Below are positions 55,491 through 64,000 of a DNA stretch of 64,000 nt, in pieces. This DNA comes from Clostridia bacterium (GTDB taxonomy: Bacteria; Bacillota; Clostridia; RGIG6154), in contig JAFQQW010000040.1 of assembly GCA_017410375.1 (NCBI GenBank), positions 70 to 64,069 on the forward strand, written 5' to 3'. A program made the translations under genes and the position numbers. Under the pieces are notes generated by a model. That model worked only from the letters and a program-made list of their open reading frames with translations. It did not search any database and was not told where the DNA came from. Within the stretch, counting starts at the first letter, position 1, and every line of letters starts with the position of its first letter.

Positions 55491-56183
55491 TTAATCTCTT
55501 CTGTTTCCTACAATCGAAAGTAAACGAAGCAAATTACCGATTGCAACAGCTGCTGCCGCCACATAGGTCATCGCCGCTGCTGAAAGAACCTTTCTTGCAC
55601 CCTTCAGTTCTTCGTTTTCCAGTATTCCCTGTTCGTCTAAAACTTTAATGGCACGATGACTTGCATCAAACTCCACAGGTAAGGTAATCAGCTGAAACAG
55701 TACCACCGCCGAGAATAAAATGATTCCAAAATATGCAAGTCCCGGGAAAGATAAGATAAGTCCTAAAATAACCAGCGGAATTGCCAGGTGCGAACCGATA
55801 TTGGTTATCGGTACAAAGGCATTCCGAAGCTTAATGGGTTTGTACCCGAGATGATGCTGTATCGCATGTCCCGTTTCATGTGCCGCAACACCGATTGCCG
55901 CTACAGAATTAGAGCCGTACACAGAATCAGACAGACGGATAACATTGGTGCGCGGATCAAAATGATCGGTTAAATTGCCTGCTACGCGCTCTACACTTAC
56001 GTTATGAATCCCATATGCGCCAAGCAGTCTTTGCGCCACATCTGCACCCGTAATTCCACGCGCCGAGAAAACATTGCTGTATTTCTTAAATGTGCTGTTC
56101 ACCTTCATTTGTGCCCACATTGCAAGCAAAATTGCCGGCAATACAAAAACAATGTAAGAGTAATCTATATACCACATAGTCAT
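55491..56183 (-). CDS. Membrane-associated neutral zinc metallopeptidase (YugP-like, HExxH)
   Basis: Contains AHETGHAIQH. TM segments at both ends. 230 aa. Confidence 0.8.
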   Translation of the reverse strand: MTMWYIDYSYIVFVLPAILLAMWAQMKVNSTFKKYSNVFSARGITGADVAQRLLGAYGIHNVSVERVAGNLTDHFDPRTNVIRLSDSVYGSNSVAAIGVAAHETGHAIQHHLGYKPIKLRNAFVPITNIGSHLAIPLVILGLILSFPGLAYFGIILFSAVVLFQLITLPVEFDASHRAIKVLDEQGILENEELKGARKVLSAAAMTYVAAAAVAIGNLLRLLSIVGNRRD

Positions 56184-56199
56184 TTACCTTTCTTTAAAA

Positions 56200-57153
56200 T
56201 CATATAGAGCTGCGAAGCACTTCTCCTTTTTCGAGCGAACGACCACGCAGGAAATCTACGCTGCTCATTGCTTTACCGCCCTCAGGCTGCAAGTGTAACA
56301 CCTCAAGCACAGTACCATTACCTGCGGCAATCTTAATACTTGTTTTGCCCTCCAGTACAGTGCCCGGCTTTTTGCTTGTTACCTCATCGCATACCTTTGC
56401 AAAAAGGATTTTAAGCATTTTACCGTCTACCCGATATGCCTTTGCACCGGGAAACGGATTCAATCCGCGAATCAAATTCACTATATCTTTTGCATCTTTT
56501 TCAAAATCAATGCCACACATAGACTTCTGAATCATGGGTGAATAACAGGATAGGCTGTCATCCTGCTTTTCGGGCTTCAGTGCATCCTTTTGCAATAAAT
56601 CCAACACTTCAGCAAGTGCTTCTCCGCCCAAAGTTGCCATTTTGTCAAACAAGATCCCCGTTGTATCTGTTTCATCGATAACATACTCTTTTTTCAAAAG
56701 CATATCACCTGTGTCCAGTCCTTCGTCCATCTGCATGATGGTTACACCTGTTTTTTCTTCTCCGTTGATTAGGCACCAGTGAATGGGTGCTGCCCCCCGG
56801 TATTTCGGGAGCAAGGAGGCGTGGATGTTTATGCATCCGTATTTGGGATAATGAATCACAAAAGGAGGCAAAATTTTTCCATATGCCGCAACCACCACCA
56901 AATCAGGTGCAAGCGATTGCAGTAATTCCGCAAAAGCATCGTCCTTTAATGTCTGCGGTTGATAAACCTCAAGACCAAGCTCCAGGGCTTTTTCTTTTAC
57001 AGGCGGCGGAAGCAACTTATAGCCTCTTCCCTTTTGTTTATCCGGCTGGGTAACCACGCCCACAAGTGTAACATCTTCCCGCTCTGCCAACACACAAAGG
57101 GCAGGGACAGCAAAATCAGGCGTTCCCATATACAAAACTTTTATCTTATTCAT
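56200..57153 (-). CDS. fmt: Methionyl-tRNA formyltransferase
   Basis: Starts MNKIKVLYMGTPDFAVPAL. Contains the HASLLPKYRGAAPI motif. 317 aa. Overlaps the def stop by 8 nt. Confidence 0.95.
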   Translation of the reverse strand: MNKIKVLYMGTPDFAVPALCVLAEREDVTLVGVVTQPDKQKGRGYKLLPPPVKEKALELGLEVYQPQTLKDDAFAELLQSLAPDLVVVAAYGKILPPFVIHYPKYGCINIHASLLPKYRGAAPIHWCLINGEEKTGVTIMQMDEGLDTGDMLLKKEYVIDETDTTGILFDKMATLGGEALAEVLDLLQKDALKPEKQDDSLSCYSPMIQKSMCGIDFEKDAKDIVNLIRGLNPFPGAKAYRVDGKMLKILFAKVCDEVTSKKPGTVLEGKTSIKIAAGNGTVLEVLHLQPEGGKAMSSVDFLRGRSLEKGEVLRSSI

Positions 57154-57604
57154 GAATAATTTCCTCTGTCATTTTATCTACATACAACGTACCGTCCAGA
57201 TGGTCGTTTTCGTGGCAGATGGCTCTTGCCGCAAGCTTTTTCACAACCATCTCAAACGGTTCACCGTTACGGTTATATGCTTTGAATTTTACAATGGCAG
57301 GTCTTTCCACCACACCACTTTTTCCGGGCACACTCAAACAGCCTTCTTCTCCTGTTTGCTTGCCCAGTGTTTCCAAAATCTCAGGATTGATACATTCAAC
57401 CAGACCTGTATCCTCTGTTTCTATGATAAATACGCGACGCAAAATGCCGACCTGCGGTGCCGCAAGTCCTACACCGTCAGCCGCCTGCATGGTTTCATAC
57501 ATATCGTCTAAAAGCAAATGAAGCTTTGCATCAAACACTTCCACGGGACGACATTTTTTTCGCAATACATCATCTCCGATTTTAACTACATTACGGATTG
57601 CCAT
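57146..57604 (-). CDS. def: Peptide deformylase
   Basis: Start at MAIRNVVKIGDD. Motifs GVGLAAPQVG, EGCLS and HENDHLDG. The ORF-track extension to 57700 lacks support. Confidence 0.93.
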   Translation of the reverse strand: MAIRNVVKIGDDVLRKKCRPVEVFDAKLHLLLDDMYETMQAADGVGLAAPQVGILRRVFIIETEDTGLVECINPEILETLGKQTGEEGCLSVPGKSGVVERPAIVKFKAYNRNGEPFEMVVKKLAARAICHENDHLDGTLYVDKMTEEIIHE

Positions 57605-57614
57605 ATTTTCACTC

Positions 57615-59834
57615 CTATAACATATTGTTAGTATTGATATCCAACGAAACACTACACCCGGATTTCGGGTTGGTACGCACAAGCTCGCGCAATATTTCAC
57701 GGATATCGTCTGTCATTTTACATTTTATGATTGCATGCCAGCGATACCGATTTTCGATTTTTGCCACCGGTGACGGTGTCGGACCTAAAATGGTACTTGC
57801 AATTTCATTTTGCGCAAAACGGTCGTAAACATGCTCTGTGATACTTTGAATTTCATCCTTAACCGCTTTTGCATCCTCGCCGCTCACCACATAGTGAACC
57901 ACATCGCAAAAAGGCGGATACCAAAGTTTTTTTCGTATTAAAATTTCCTGTTTGTAAAAGGATTTAAAATCCTGCTCTCTGGCGCACTCGATAACCCAAT
58001 GCTCCGGCGAATAGGTCTGAATAATTGCCCTTCCCTGCGTATCGCCTCTGCCTGCTCTTCCGCAAACCTGCGTAATCAGCTGGAATGTTTTCTCGGTAGC
58101 TTTATAGTCATCCACATACAGCATCATATCTGCCGCCAGCACGCCCACCAGAGAAACGGACGGAAAATCCAGTCCTTTTGTAATCATCTGTGTCCCCACA
58201 AGCACGTCGGTTTTTTCTTCTTCAAATTGCTTTAAAAGTTTTTCGTGTGAAAACTTGTTTTTTGTGGTGTCCGCATCCATCCGAAGCACAGAGATATCCG
58301 GAAAAAGTTTTTTCAACTCCTCCTCTACCCGCTGTGTACCAATTCCAAAATGCTTAATACTGTTGCTTCCGCATTTGGGACAAAAGGATATTTTCGGGAT
58401 GGTATATCCACAATAGTGACAAGTCAGACTTTCATCAAATTTATGATAGGTCAGTGCAATATCGCACTCCGGACAGGTTGCGGCATATCCGCATTTTCTG
58501 CAGGACACAAAGGTGGAAAAGCCTCTGCGGTTCATAAACAGAATGGTTTGCTCGCCTTTTTTTATATTTTCAGCAATAGCATCCTGCAAATCAAAGCTGA
58601 TAAAGGATTTGTTGCCTTTCATCAGTTCAAACCGCATATCCACAATTTCCGCTTCGGGCAACGCAACGCTGTTGTAACGGTTTTTGATTTGTAATAAATC
58701 ATATTCACCGGTTACCGCTTTATATGCACTGTCCATGCTCGGTGTTGCGGACGCAAGCATCAAAACAGCATTATGCTGACTGCATCTGAATTTTGCCACC
58801 TCACGGGCATCATATTTGGGATTCATTTCGGATTTATAAGAGTTTTCATGCTCCTCGTCCGCTACGATAATACCTAAATTTTCAAAAGGTGCAAAAACTG
58901 CTGATCGGGCACCTACAACCAAATCCACCTTCCCTTTCCGGATGCTTTCCCAGGCATCATACCGCTCCCCGAACGAGAGACGGCTGTGCAAAATCGCAAC
59001 ACGACTGCCAAAGCGTTCGGTAAACCGCTCACTCATCTGTGGCGTAAGCGAAATTTCGGGAACCAGAACAATGGCTTGCCTGCCCTCTTTTAGAACCTGC
59101 TCCACACATTGCAGATACACTTCTGTTTTTCCGCTTCCGGTGATTCCACGAAGTAGGATTGTGCGGTGCTTCCGATTTTGGATCAGCTCAGTTGTGTAAT
59201 CCAAAGCTTTTTTCTGCTCTGCATTTAAAACTTTTGCTTCTGTAACCTTTTCAGCCTTTGCCAGAGGATTGCGTTCCAATTCAATATCCACATGTTTCAA
59301 GACGCCTTTCTTAATCAGGCTGTCCACTGTACCTCTGGTAGTATCTGCAAAAGCATACAAATCCATAACAGAAATACACGGCATCTGCATGGCAATTTCC
59401 AGAACTCTCGCCTGGGCAGGCGCACTTTTTTGCAAACTCTGCAACAACAGCTCCGCCGATTCAAAATCCATATCAAGGGTTACACCCTTTAAGGTTTTCG
59501 CACCTGCACCTTTGTACCCTTTGCCCGGAGGCAAAAGCAAGCGCAATGCATCATAATAGGTACAAATATATGTCTTTCGAATCCAATGCAAAATTTCAAG
59601 CTGTTTTTCGGTCAGCAAGCCCGACACAACCTGCGCAACACTTTTCCATCTATCAGAATCTTCTGTCTCTTCAATGGAGAGCACCACACCGTCAGTCAAC
59701 TTATCGCCTTTCCCGAAAGGAACCTGCACCCAATCACCCGGCTTGACTTCGGTATCAAAACGGTAATAGAACCCTTTGTCAACCATATGGGACGGATTGT
59801 TAATTATAACATTGGCAACCCTGATTTTTGCCAT
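57615..59834 (-). CDS. priA: Primosomal protein N' (replication restart helicase PriA)
   Basis: 739 aa. Helicase motifs GITGSGKT and DEEH. Cys4 zinc-binding region (CRKCGYAATCPECD...CHYCG...CPKCG). Confidence 0.95.
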   Translation of the reverse strand: MAKIRVANVIINNPSHMVDKGFYYRFDTEVKPGDWVQVPFGKGDKLTDGVVLSIEETEDSDRWKSVAQVVSGLLTEKQLEILHWIRKTYICTYYDALRLLLPPGKGYKGAGAKTLKGVTLDMDFESAELLLQSLQKSAPAQARVLEIAMQMPCISVMDLYAFADTTRGTVDSLIKKGVLKHVDIELERNPLAKAEKVTEAKVLNAEQKKALDYTTELIQNRKHRTILLRGITGSGKTEVYLQCVEQVLKEGRQAIVLVPEISLTPQMSERFTERFGSRVAILHSRLSFGERYDAWESIRKGKVDLVVGARSAVFAPFENLGIIVADEEHENSYKSEMNPKYDAREVAKFRCSQHNAVLMLASATPSMDSAYKAVTGEYDLLQIKNRYNSVALPEAEIVDMRFELMKGNKSFISFDLQDAIAENIKKGEQTILFMNRRGFSTFVSCRKCGYAATCPECDIALTYHKFDESLTCHYCGYTIPKISFCPKCGSNSIKHFGIGTQRVEEELKKLFPDISVLRMDADTTKNKFSHEKLLKQFEEEKTDVLVGTQMITKGLDFPSVSLVGVLAADMMLYVDDYKATEKTFQLITQVCGRAGRGDTQGRAIIQTYSPEHWVIECAREQDFKSFYKQEILIRKKLWYPPFCDVVHYVVSGEDAKAVKDEIQSITEHVYDRFAQNEIASTILGPTPSPVAKIENRYRWHAIIKCKMTDDIREILRELVRTNPKSGCSVSLDINTNNML

Positions 59835-59836
59835 TC

Positions 59837-60064
59837 TTATTCTTTGTCTCCTTCGTAACCTTCCAGGTCATCCAGAGAAAAGATTTCTACTTTATCTTCA
59901 TTGATTTCGTTGATTGCAACCGATACAGCTTTATCACTTGCACATTCCGCAAGCTGTTCTGCACCGTCGGTCAGCTGTCTTGCACGTTTTGCAACAGCAA
60001 TAACCAAAGAATATGCACTGTCGGTTTTCTTGAGCAAATCACTCATAGGCGGTTTTAACATCAT
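59837..60064 (-). CDS. rpoZ: DNA-directed RNA polymerase subunit omega
   Basis: 75 aa. Contains SLVIAVAKRARQL, the signature of the omega subunit. Confidence 0.85.
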   Translation of the reverse strand: MMLKPPMSDLLKKTDSAYSLVIAVAKRARQLTDGAEQLAECASDKAVSVAINEINEDKVEIFSLDDLEGYEGDKE

Positions 60065-60085
60065 AATAATTACTTCCTTTCTTTT

Positions 60086-60688
60086 TTACAGCAGTTCAGC
60101 TGTACATCTTTCGGTTTTTGATTTTTCTGCACGAATAATGGCACGGATATCTGCCACAGCCTGCTCTATTTGGTTATTTTCCACCAGATACTGATATTCT
60201 CCGGCAAAAGAAAGTTCACGGGTTACCTGTGCCATACGGTTGTCAATAACATCGTCCGTCTCGGTTCCGCGACCCACAATACGGTTTCTGAGTTCTTCTA
60301 AAGAAGGCGGTAAAATGAAAATATATACCCCTTCCGGATGCGCTTCTTTAATATGCATTGCACCCTGCACTTCAATTTCCAGAATCACATTTTTACCTTG
60401 GTTAATCTGATCCTCAACAAAAGCTTTGGGGGTGCCGTAATAGTTATCGCAATACTTTGCCCATTCCATCAGCGCATCCTGCCGAATCATGGTTTCAAAC
60501 TTTTCTTTGTCATAAAAGAAATAATTCACACCGTCCTCTTCGCCGGTACGGGGTGCTCGGGTGGTTGCAGAAACAGACATTACGGTACTGTCATCTAACA
60601 GCTCCCTGCAAACCGTGCCCTTGCCCACACCGGAAGGTCCGGAAATGACCAGAAGCAATCCTTTATCGTTTTTTATCATGTCTATCAC
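60086..60688 (-). CDS. gmk: Guanylate kinase
   Basis: P-loop LLVISGPSGVGKGT. 200 aa. Confidence 0.95.
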   Translation of the reverse strand: MIDMIKNDKGLLLVISGPSGVGKGTVCRELLDDSTVMSVSATTRAPRTGEEDGVNYFFYDKEKFETMIRQDALMEWAKYCDNYYGTPKAFVEDQINQGKNVILEIEVQGAMHIKEAHPEGVYIFILPPSLEELRNRIVGRGTETDDVIDNRMAQVTRELSFAGEYQYLVENNQIEQAVADIRAIIRAEKSKTERCTAELL

Positions 60689-60924
60689 TCCTTATCCTCT
60701 AAACGTGCGGCTATGGTTTCGGGCATAAGTGCCGATAAAATTATGTAACCGTTCTCCATAACGAGAAGGGATTTTGTACGTCTGCCAAAGGTAGCATCCA
60801 CAATTCTGCCCCGCTCGCGGTTATCCTGAATCAAGCGCTTAATGGGCGCAGACTCCGGGCTTATAATACTAATCAGCTTATCTGTGGCAACTAAATTGCC
60901 GTAACCAATATTTAACATACGCAT
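60685..60924 (-). CDS. remA: RemA/YlzA (DUF370) extracellular-matrix regulator-like protein
   Basis: 79 aa. Starts MRMLNIGYGNLVATDKLISIISPESAPIKRLIQ. Conserved position between yicC and gmk. Confidence 0.8.
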   Translation of the reverse strand: MRMLNIGYGNLVATDKLISIISPESAPIKRLIQDNRERGRIVDATFGRRTKSLLVMENGYIILSALMPETIAARLEDKE

Positions 60925-60935
60925 TGCAACTCACC

Positions 60936-61814
60936 CTATTCTAAATTCTGAATTTGTTCACGGATTTTTTCAATGATGTTTTTCACTTCAATAACGATTT
61001 CCGCAATTTTAAGCTCATTTGCCTTTGAGCCGATGGTGTTTGTTTCTCTGTTCATTTCCTGAATAATGAAATCCAGCTTTTTACCGATTGCACCGCCCTC
61101 TTTAAACATACGGCGAACCGCCTCTACATGACTTTTTAAACGAACAATTTCTTCATCCACGCATGTTTTATCTGTGTAAATGGCAATTTCGGTTAAAATT
61201 CTGCTTTCATCAATTTCCACCATGGTCGAAACCACATCGCGCACCTTGTTATAAAGACGTTCTCTGTAGGCTTTAACCGTTTCGGGGGAAATCTTTTCGA
61301 TTTCACCCACATACTGCAAAATTTCATCGGTTTTGCCTAAAATATCTTCTTTCAGGCGTTCACCTTCCAAGCCGCGCAATTCGTTGTACTGGGTAAATGC
61401 TTCCCGAAGCACCGGTAAAATTTCCTGCCAAAGTTCTTCGTCATCCTGCTCTGCGTGCTCAATACGCATTACATCGGTATTCATAAAACGGGTAAGAGAA
61501 ATTTCTTCCTCCAAACCGGTAACCTCAGCGATTTCATGAAAAGCCTTCATGTACTGTGCAGCAAGCTCACGATCCACAACAATGGTCTTATTGCTTTCTT
61601 CTCCGGTTTTAATGTTAATAGAAATATCCATTTTACCGCGTGTTGTGTACTCACTGACAATACCGCGGATTCTCTCTTCCATAAAACTCAAATACTTGGG
61701 CATTCTGTAATTTAAATCCAAGTAACGGTGATTCACCGATTTTATTTCCACCTCAATCTCTTTGGTGGGCAAAATTGCAGTCGCTTTTCCGTATCCTGTC
61801 ATACTGCGCAACAT
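60936..61814 (-). CDS. yicC: YicC/YloC family stress-induced protein (RNase-like)
   Basis: Starts MLRSMTGYGKA. Family-typical length of 292 aa. C-terminal DUF1732 region. Confidence 0.85.
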   Translation of the reverse strand: MLRSMTGYGKATAILPTKEIEVEIKSVNHRYLDLNYRMPKYLSFMEERIRGIVSEYTTRGKMDISINIKTGEESNKTIVVDRELAAQYMKAFHEIAEVTGLEEEISLTRFMNTDVMRIEHAEQDDEELWQEILPVLREAFTQYNELRGLEGERLKEDILGKTDEILQYVGEIEKISPETVKAYRERLYNKVRDVVSTMVEIDESRILTEIAIYTDKTCVDEEIVRLKSHVEAVRRMFKEGGAIGKKLDFIIQEMNRETNTIGSKANELKIAEIVIEVKNIIEKIREQIQNLE

Positions 61815-61881
61815 AGTAAAACGCCTCCGTTTTGTTCAAATAATCTTTTATCATTTTATTATAACATGCTAAATCAAAAAA

Positions 61882-61914
61882 ATCAAGCAAAAAGCGAGTT
61901 TTTGCTTGATTTTT
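61882..61914. terminator. Bidirectional rho-independent terminator (atcaagcaaaaa-gcgag-tttttgcttgat + T-run)
   Basis: 12-bp stem. Follows the htrA stop on the minus strand. Confidence 0.75.
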
Positions 61915-61928
61915 CATAATTTTCAGCT

Positions 61929-63377
61929 TTACCACGCAGTTTCGGGTTTTTCTTCCTGTAACACAACTTTTACGGTGATTTTGTTTTCGTTGCGAACAAT
62001 TTCCATCACCATGATATCGCCTTCTTTGTGCTTTTTCTTAAGGTCATTAATATCATCAATATTCTGAACAACCTTACCGTCACACTTGATGATAATATCA
62101 CCGGGCTTAATACCTGCATTGGCTGCACCGGTTCCGGGATAAACCTCCTGAACATAAAAGCCCATAGGAAGCTCATAATAAGATGCCATTTTCGCAGTAA
62201 TATTTGTACCCGCAATACCAATAGTCAGCTTGCCTTTTACATAACCGTAATCAATCAGATCCTGTACAACCTCAAGAACCGTGTTGCTGGGAATTGCAAA
62301 GCCCAGACCTTCCACACCGCTTGCCGCCATTTTTGCGGAGTTGATGCCGATAACCTCACCGTAGGCATTAATCAATGCACCACCAGAGTTGCCTGAGTTA
62401 ATTGCTGCATCGGTTTGCAAAAGCGTCATTGCTTTATTGTCAATCTGTACGGTTCTGTTTACGGCACTGATAATACCCTGCGTAACCGTTCCCATCAGTT
62501 CGGTCCCCAGAGGATTGCCGATGGCAATTGCCTTGTCACCTACTGTTACAGCTGAAGAGTCGCCAAAGGTTACATGTGTAAGCCCTTTGGCCTCGACCTT
62601 GATAACCGCAAGGTCTGAATCCTCGTCCACACCGATAATCTTTGCATCGTACGTTTCGCCGGAGCTTGTAACCACTTTCACCTTAGTAGCACCTTCTACC
62701 ACATGGTAATTGGTAATAATATATCCATCTTCGGTCATGACAACCCCCGAGCCGGTGCCCATAGTTACTTCGGAAGAGCCATACATACCGTAATAACCGC
62801 CACGACCCATGTTTTCAATGCCCACAACCGCAGGACCGACCGCCGCCGCAATTTCCTGTGTGGATTTTTCTCCGGTTTCTGTCAATTTATTCGCCGCAGT
62901 TTTCTGTGCACCGTCATTTGCTTTGTTATGCAAAATTTTCACGGTATTTCTTCCCGGCTCTGCACCGCTGTCTGCATTGTTCTCAAGCATTCCCGGCAAA
63001 GCAGTTCCCAAGGTGGCACCTGCAAAAAGAGATACACAAAGCATAACAGCCAGGACTACTTTTCCGATTCTGCTTTTCTTCTTAGGTATGACAGTTTCCG
63101 GCTCATATTCTGTCGCAGCCGAAAACTCAAAATCCTGATCGCCACCGCTATCCGGCTGTCCCGGCATATAATACCAATTGTCCGGACTTTCGGGTTGCGC
63201 ACTTTCGTCACGAAACGGCTCATCAGACACTTCTTCTGTATCCTCGCTCTTTTTTGAACACCAGGAAACACCTGTTGCTTCCTGATTATCGTTCAGCTGA
63301 TCAAAATCAAAGCGTTCGTTGTTATTTTGATTTTCATTATCAAAAGGATTGTTCTCTTTGTTCATCATACTTTCCAT
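61929..63377 (-). CDS. htrA: HtrA/DegP-family S1C serine protease with PDZ domain and a long disordered N-terminal region before a TM anchor
   Basis: TM (IGKVVLAVMLCVSLFAGATLG). Catalytic triad context includes GNSGGALIN. C-terminal PDZ domain (GFYVQEVYPGTGAANAGIKPGDIIIKCDGKVV). Confidence 0.9.
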   Translation of the reverse strand: MESMMNKENNPFDNENQNNNERFDFDQLNDNQEATGVSWCSKKSEDTEEVSDEPFRDESAQPESPDNWYYMPGQPDSGGDQDFEFSAATEYEPETVIPKKKSRIGKVVLAVMLCVSLFAGATLGTALPGMLENNADSGAEPGRNTVKILHNKANDGAQKTAANKLTETGEKSTQEIAAAVGPAVVGIENMGRGGYYGMYGSSEVTMGTGSGVVMTEDGYIITNYHVVEGATKVKVVTSSGETYDAKIIGVDEDSDLAVIKVEAKGLTHVTFGDSSAVTVGDKAIAIGNPLGTELMGTVTQGIISAVNRTVQIDNKAMTLLQTDAAINSGNSGGALINAYGEVIGINSAKMAASGVEGLGFAIPSNTVLEVVQDLIDYGYVKGKLTIGIAGTNITAKMASYYELPMGFYVQEVYPGTGAANAGIKPGDIIIKCDGKVVQNIDDINDLKKKHKEGDIMVMEIVRNENKITVKVVLQEEKPETAW

Positions 63378-63455
63378 ACTCCTTTCATCTGTCTGTCTAT
63401 AGTATACACCGTATTTATGTTTTTTTTGTGAAAAAAATGTAAATTCACAGTGAAA

Positions 63456-64000
63456 TTATTTTGTGGAAAATTTGTAGCCTACGCCACGAATAGTTGAAAG
63501 CTCCCATCCTTTTTCATGACCTTTTAGCTTTTCACGCAGACGTTTTATATGTACATCTACTGTTCGCATATCTGAATAGCATTCAAATCCCCAGATACGG
63601 TCCATAAGCTGTTCTCTTGTAAACACGAGATTCGGATTGGATGCCAGTAAATACAATAAACTCAGTTCTTTGGGCGGTATTTTGATGTTTTGTCCATCCA
63701 AAGTCAGTTCGTAATGATTTAAATCCACACGAATTCCCGGATATACAATCTCCTTATCTGCTCTATGAAAATCTGATTTATTGTACCGTCTTGAAATTGC
63801 ACGGATTCTTGCCAAAATTTCATCTGCATCCACCGGAATGGAAATGTAATCATCTGCCCCGATTTCCAAGGCTGTTATTTTCTCCAGCGTTTCAGGCTCT
63901 TCTTTTAAGACAAGCACCGGAATGTCACTGCACTTACGCAGTTCGGACAAAAAATCATTAACCTCTCCCTGCCCATCTGCGTGAACCAGTACAAATCCCG
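63456..64000 (-). CDS. OmpR-family response regulator, partial (receiver N-terminus lies beyond the window end)
   Basis: Winged-helix C-domain (RIWGFECYSDMRTVDVHIKRLREKL...IRGVGYKF). The reading frame stays open to position 64000. Confidence 0.8.
   Translation of the reverse strand, partial: GFVLVHADGQGEVNDFLSELRKCSDIPVLVLKEEPETLEKITALEIGADDYISIPVDADEILARIRAISRRYNKSDFHRADKEIVYPGIRVDLNHYELTLDGQNIKIPPKELSLLYLLASNPNLVFTREQLMDRIWGFECYSDMRTVDVHIKRLREKLKGHEKGWELSTIRGVGYKFSTK

Noticed and set aside
62703-63257. 184-aa plus-strand ORF, and the neighbouring 106-122-aa plus-strand ORFs
   Set aside because: All are antisense to htrA, which has a clear catalytic triad and PDZ domain.
1-64000. CRISPR arrays, rRNA genes, IS elements/transposases, prophage or defence-system genes
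   Set aside because: There are no short regularly spaced direct repeats. There is no cas, integrase, transposase, restriction-modification, abortive-infection or phage structural gene signature in any frame. The only repeat structure is the 220-bp tandem element at 22586-23075.

Overview
This 64-kb segment comes from a low-GC Gram-positive, spore-forming chromosome. The lineage looks Clostridia-like. Evidence: SpoIVA, SLH cell-wall anchoring domains, an HrcA/CIRCE heat-shock operon, and a priA-def-fmt-rsmB-rlmN-stp-prkC-rsgA-rpe gene order typical of Firmicutes. Coding density is high and about 85% of the well-supported genes are on the minus strand.

The left third (1-23 kb) is accessory and cell-surface oriented:
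- Two paralogous secreted, SLH-anchored GH16 beta-glucanases. Both carry extra copies of an unassigned ~130-aa repeat module.
- Two AraC regulators, a ThuA-like protein and a lone DAHP synthase.
- A capsule-type tyrosine kinase/phosphatase module, cpsB-(membrane protein)-cpsC-cpsD.
- An ABC-transporter-dependent polysaccharide locus: rmlD, two GT2 glycosyltransferases, wzt and wzm.
- A divergent DagK-like lipid kinase / PAP2 phosphatase pair, and a GH36 alpha-galactosidase.
- tRNA-Gly(CCC) and tRNA-Leu(CAA).

Immediately 3' of tRNA-Leu lies a tandemly repeated ~220-bp element (two full copies plus a partial third). It is strongly structured, terminator-rich and non-coding.

The right two-thirds are core housekeeping:
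- hrcA-grpE-dnaK-dnaJ-prmA, with a perfect CIRCE operator.
- efp, rpsU, alaS, spoIVA, secDF.
- The conserved yicC-remA-gmk-rpoZ-priA-def-fmt-(Zn peptidase)-rsmB-rlmN-stp-prkC-rsgA-rpe-tpk cluster.
- A response-regulator/HtrA pair at the window end.

I found no CRISPR array, no rRNA, no integrase or transposase, and no recognisable defence-island gene set. The most unusual signals are:
- the tandem tRNA-adjacent repeat;
- the GH16 paralogs with unassigned repeat modules;
- two cytoplasmic GH-like proteins with no transporter nearby;
- small genes that the ORF track missed, rpsU and a 58-aa membrane peptide.

All functional calls rest on motif and family recognition by eye. No database search was run.
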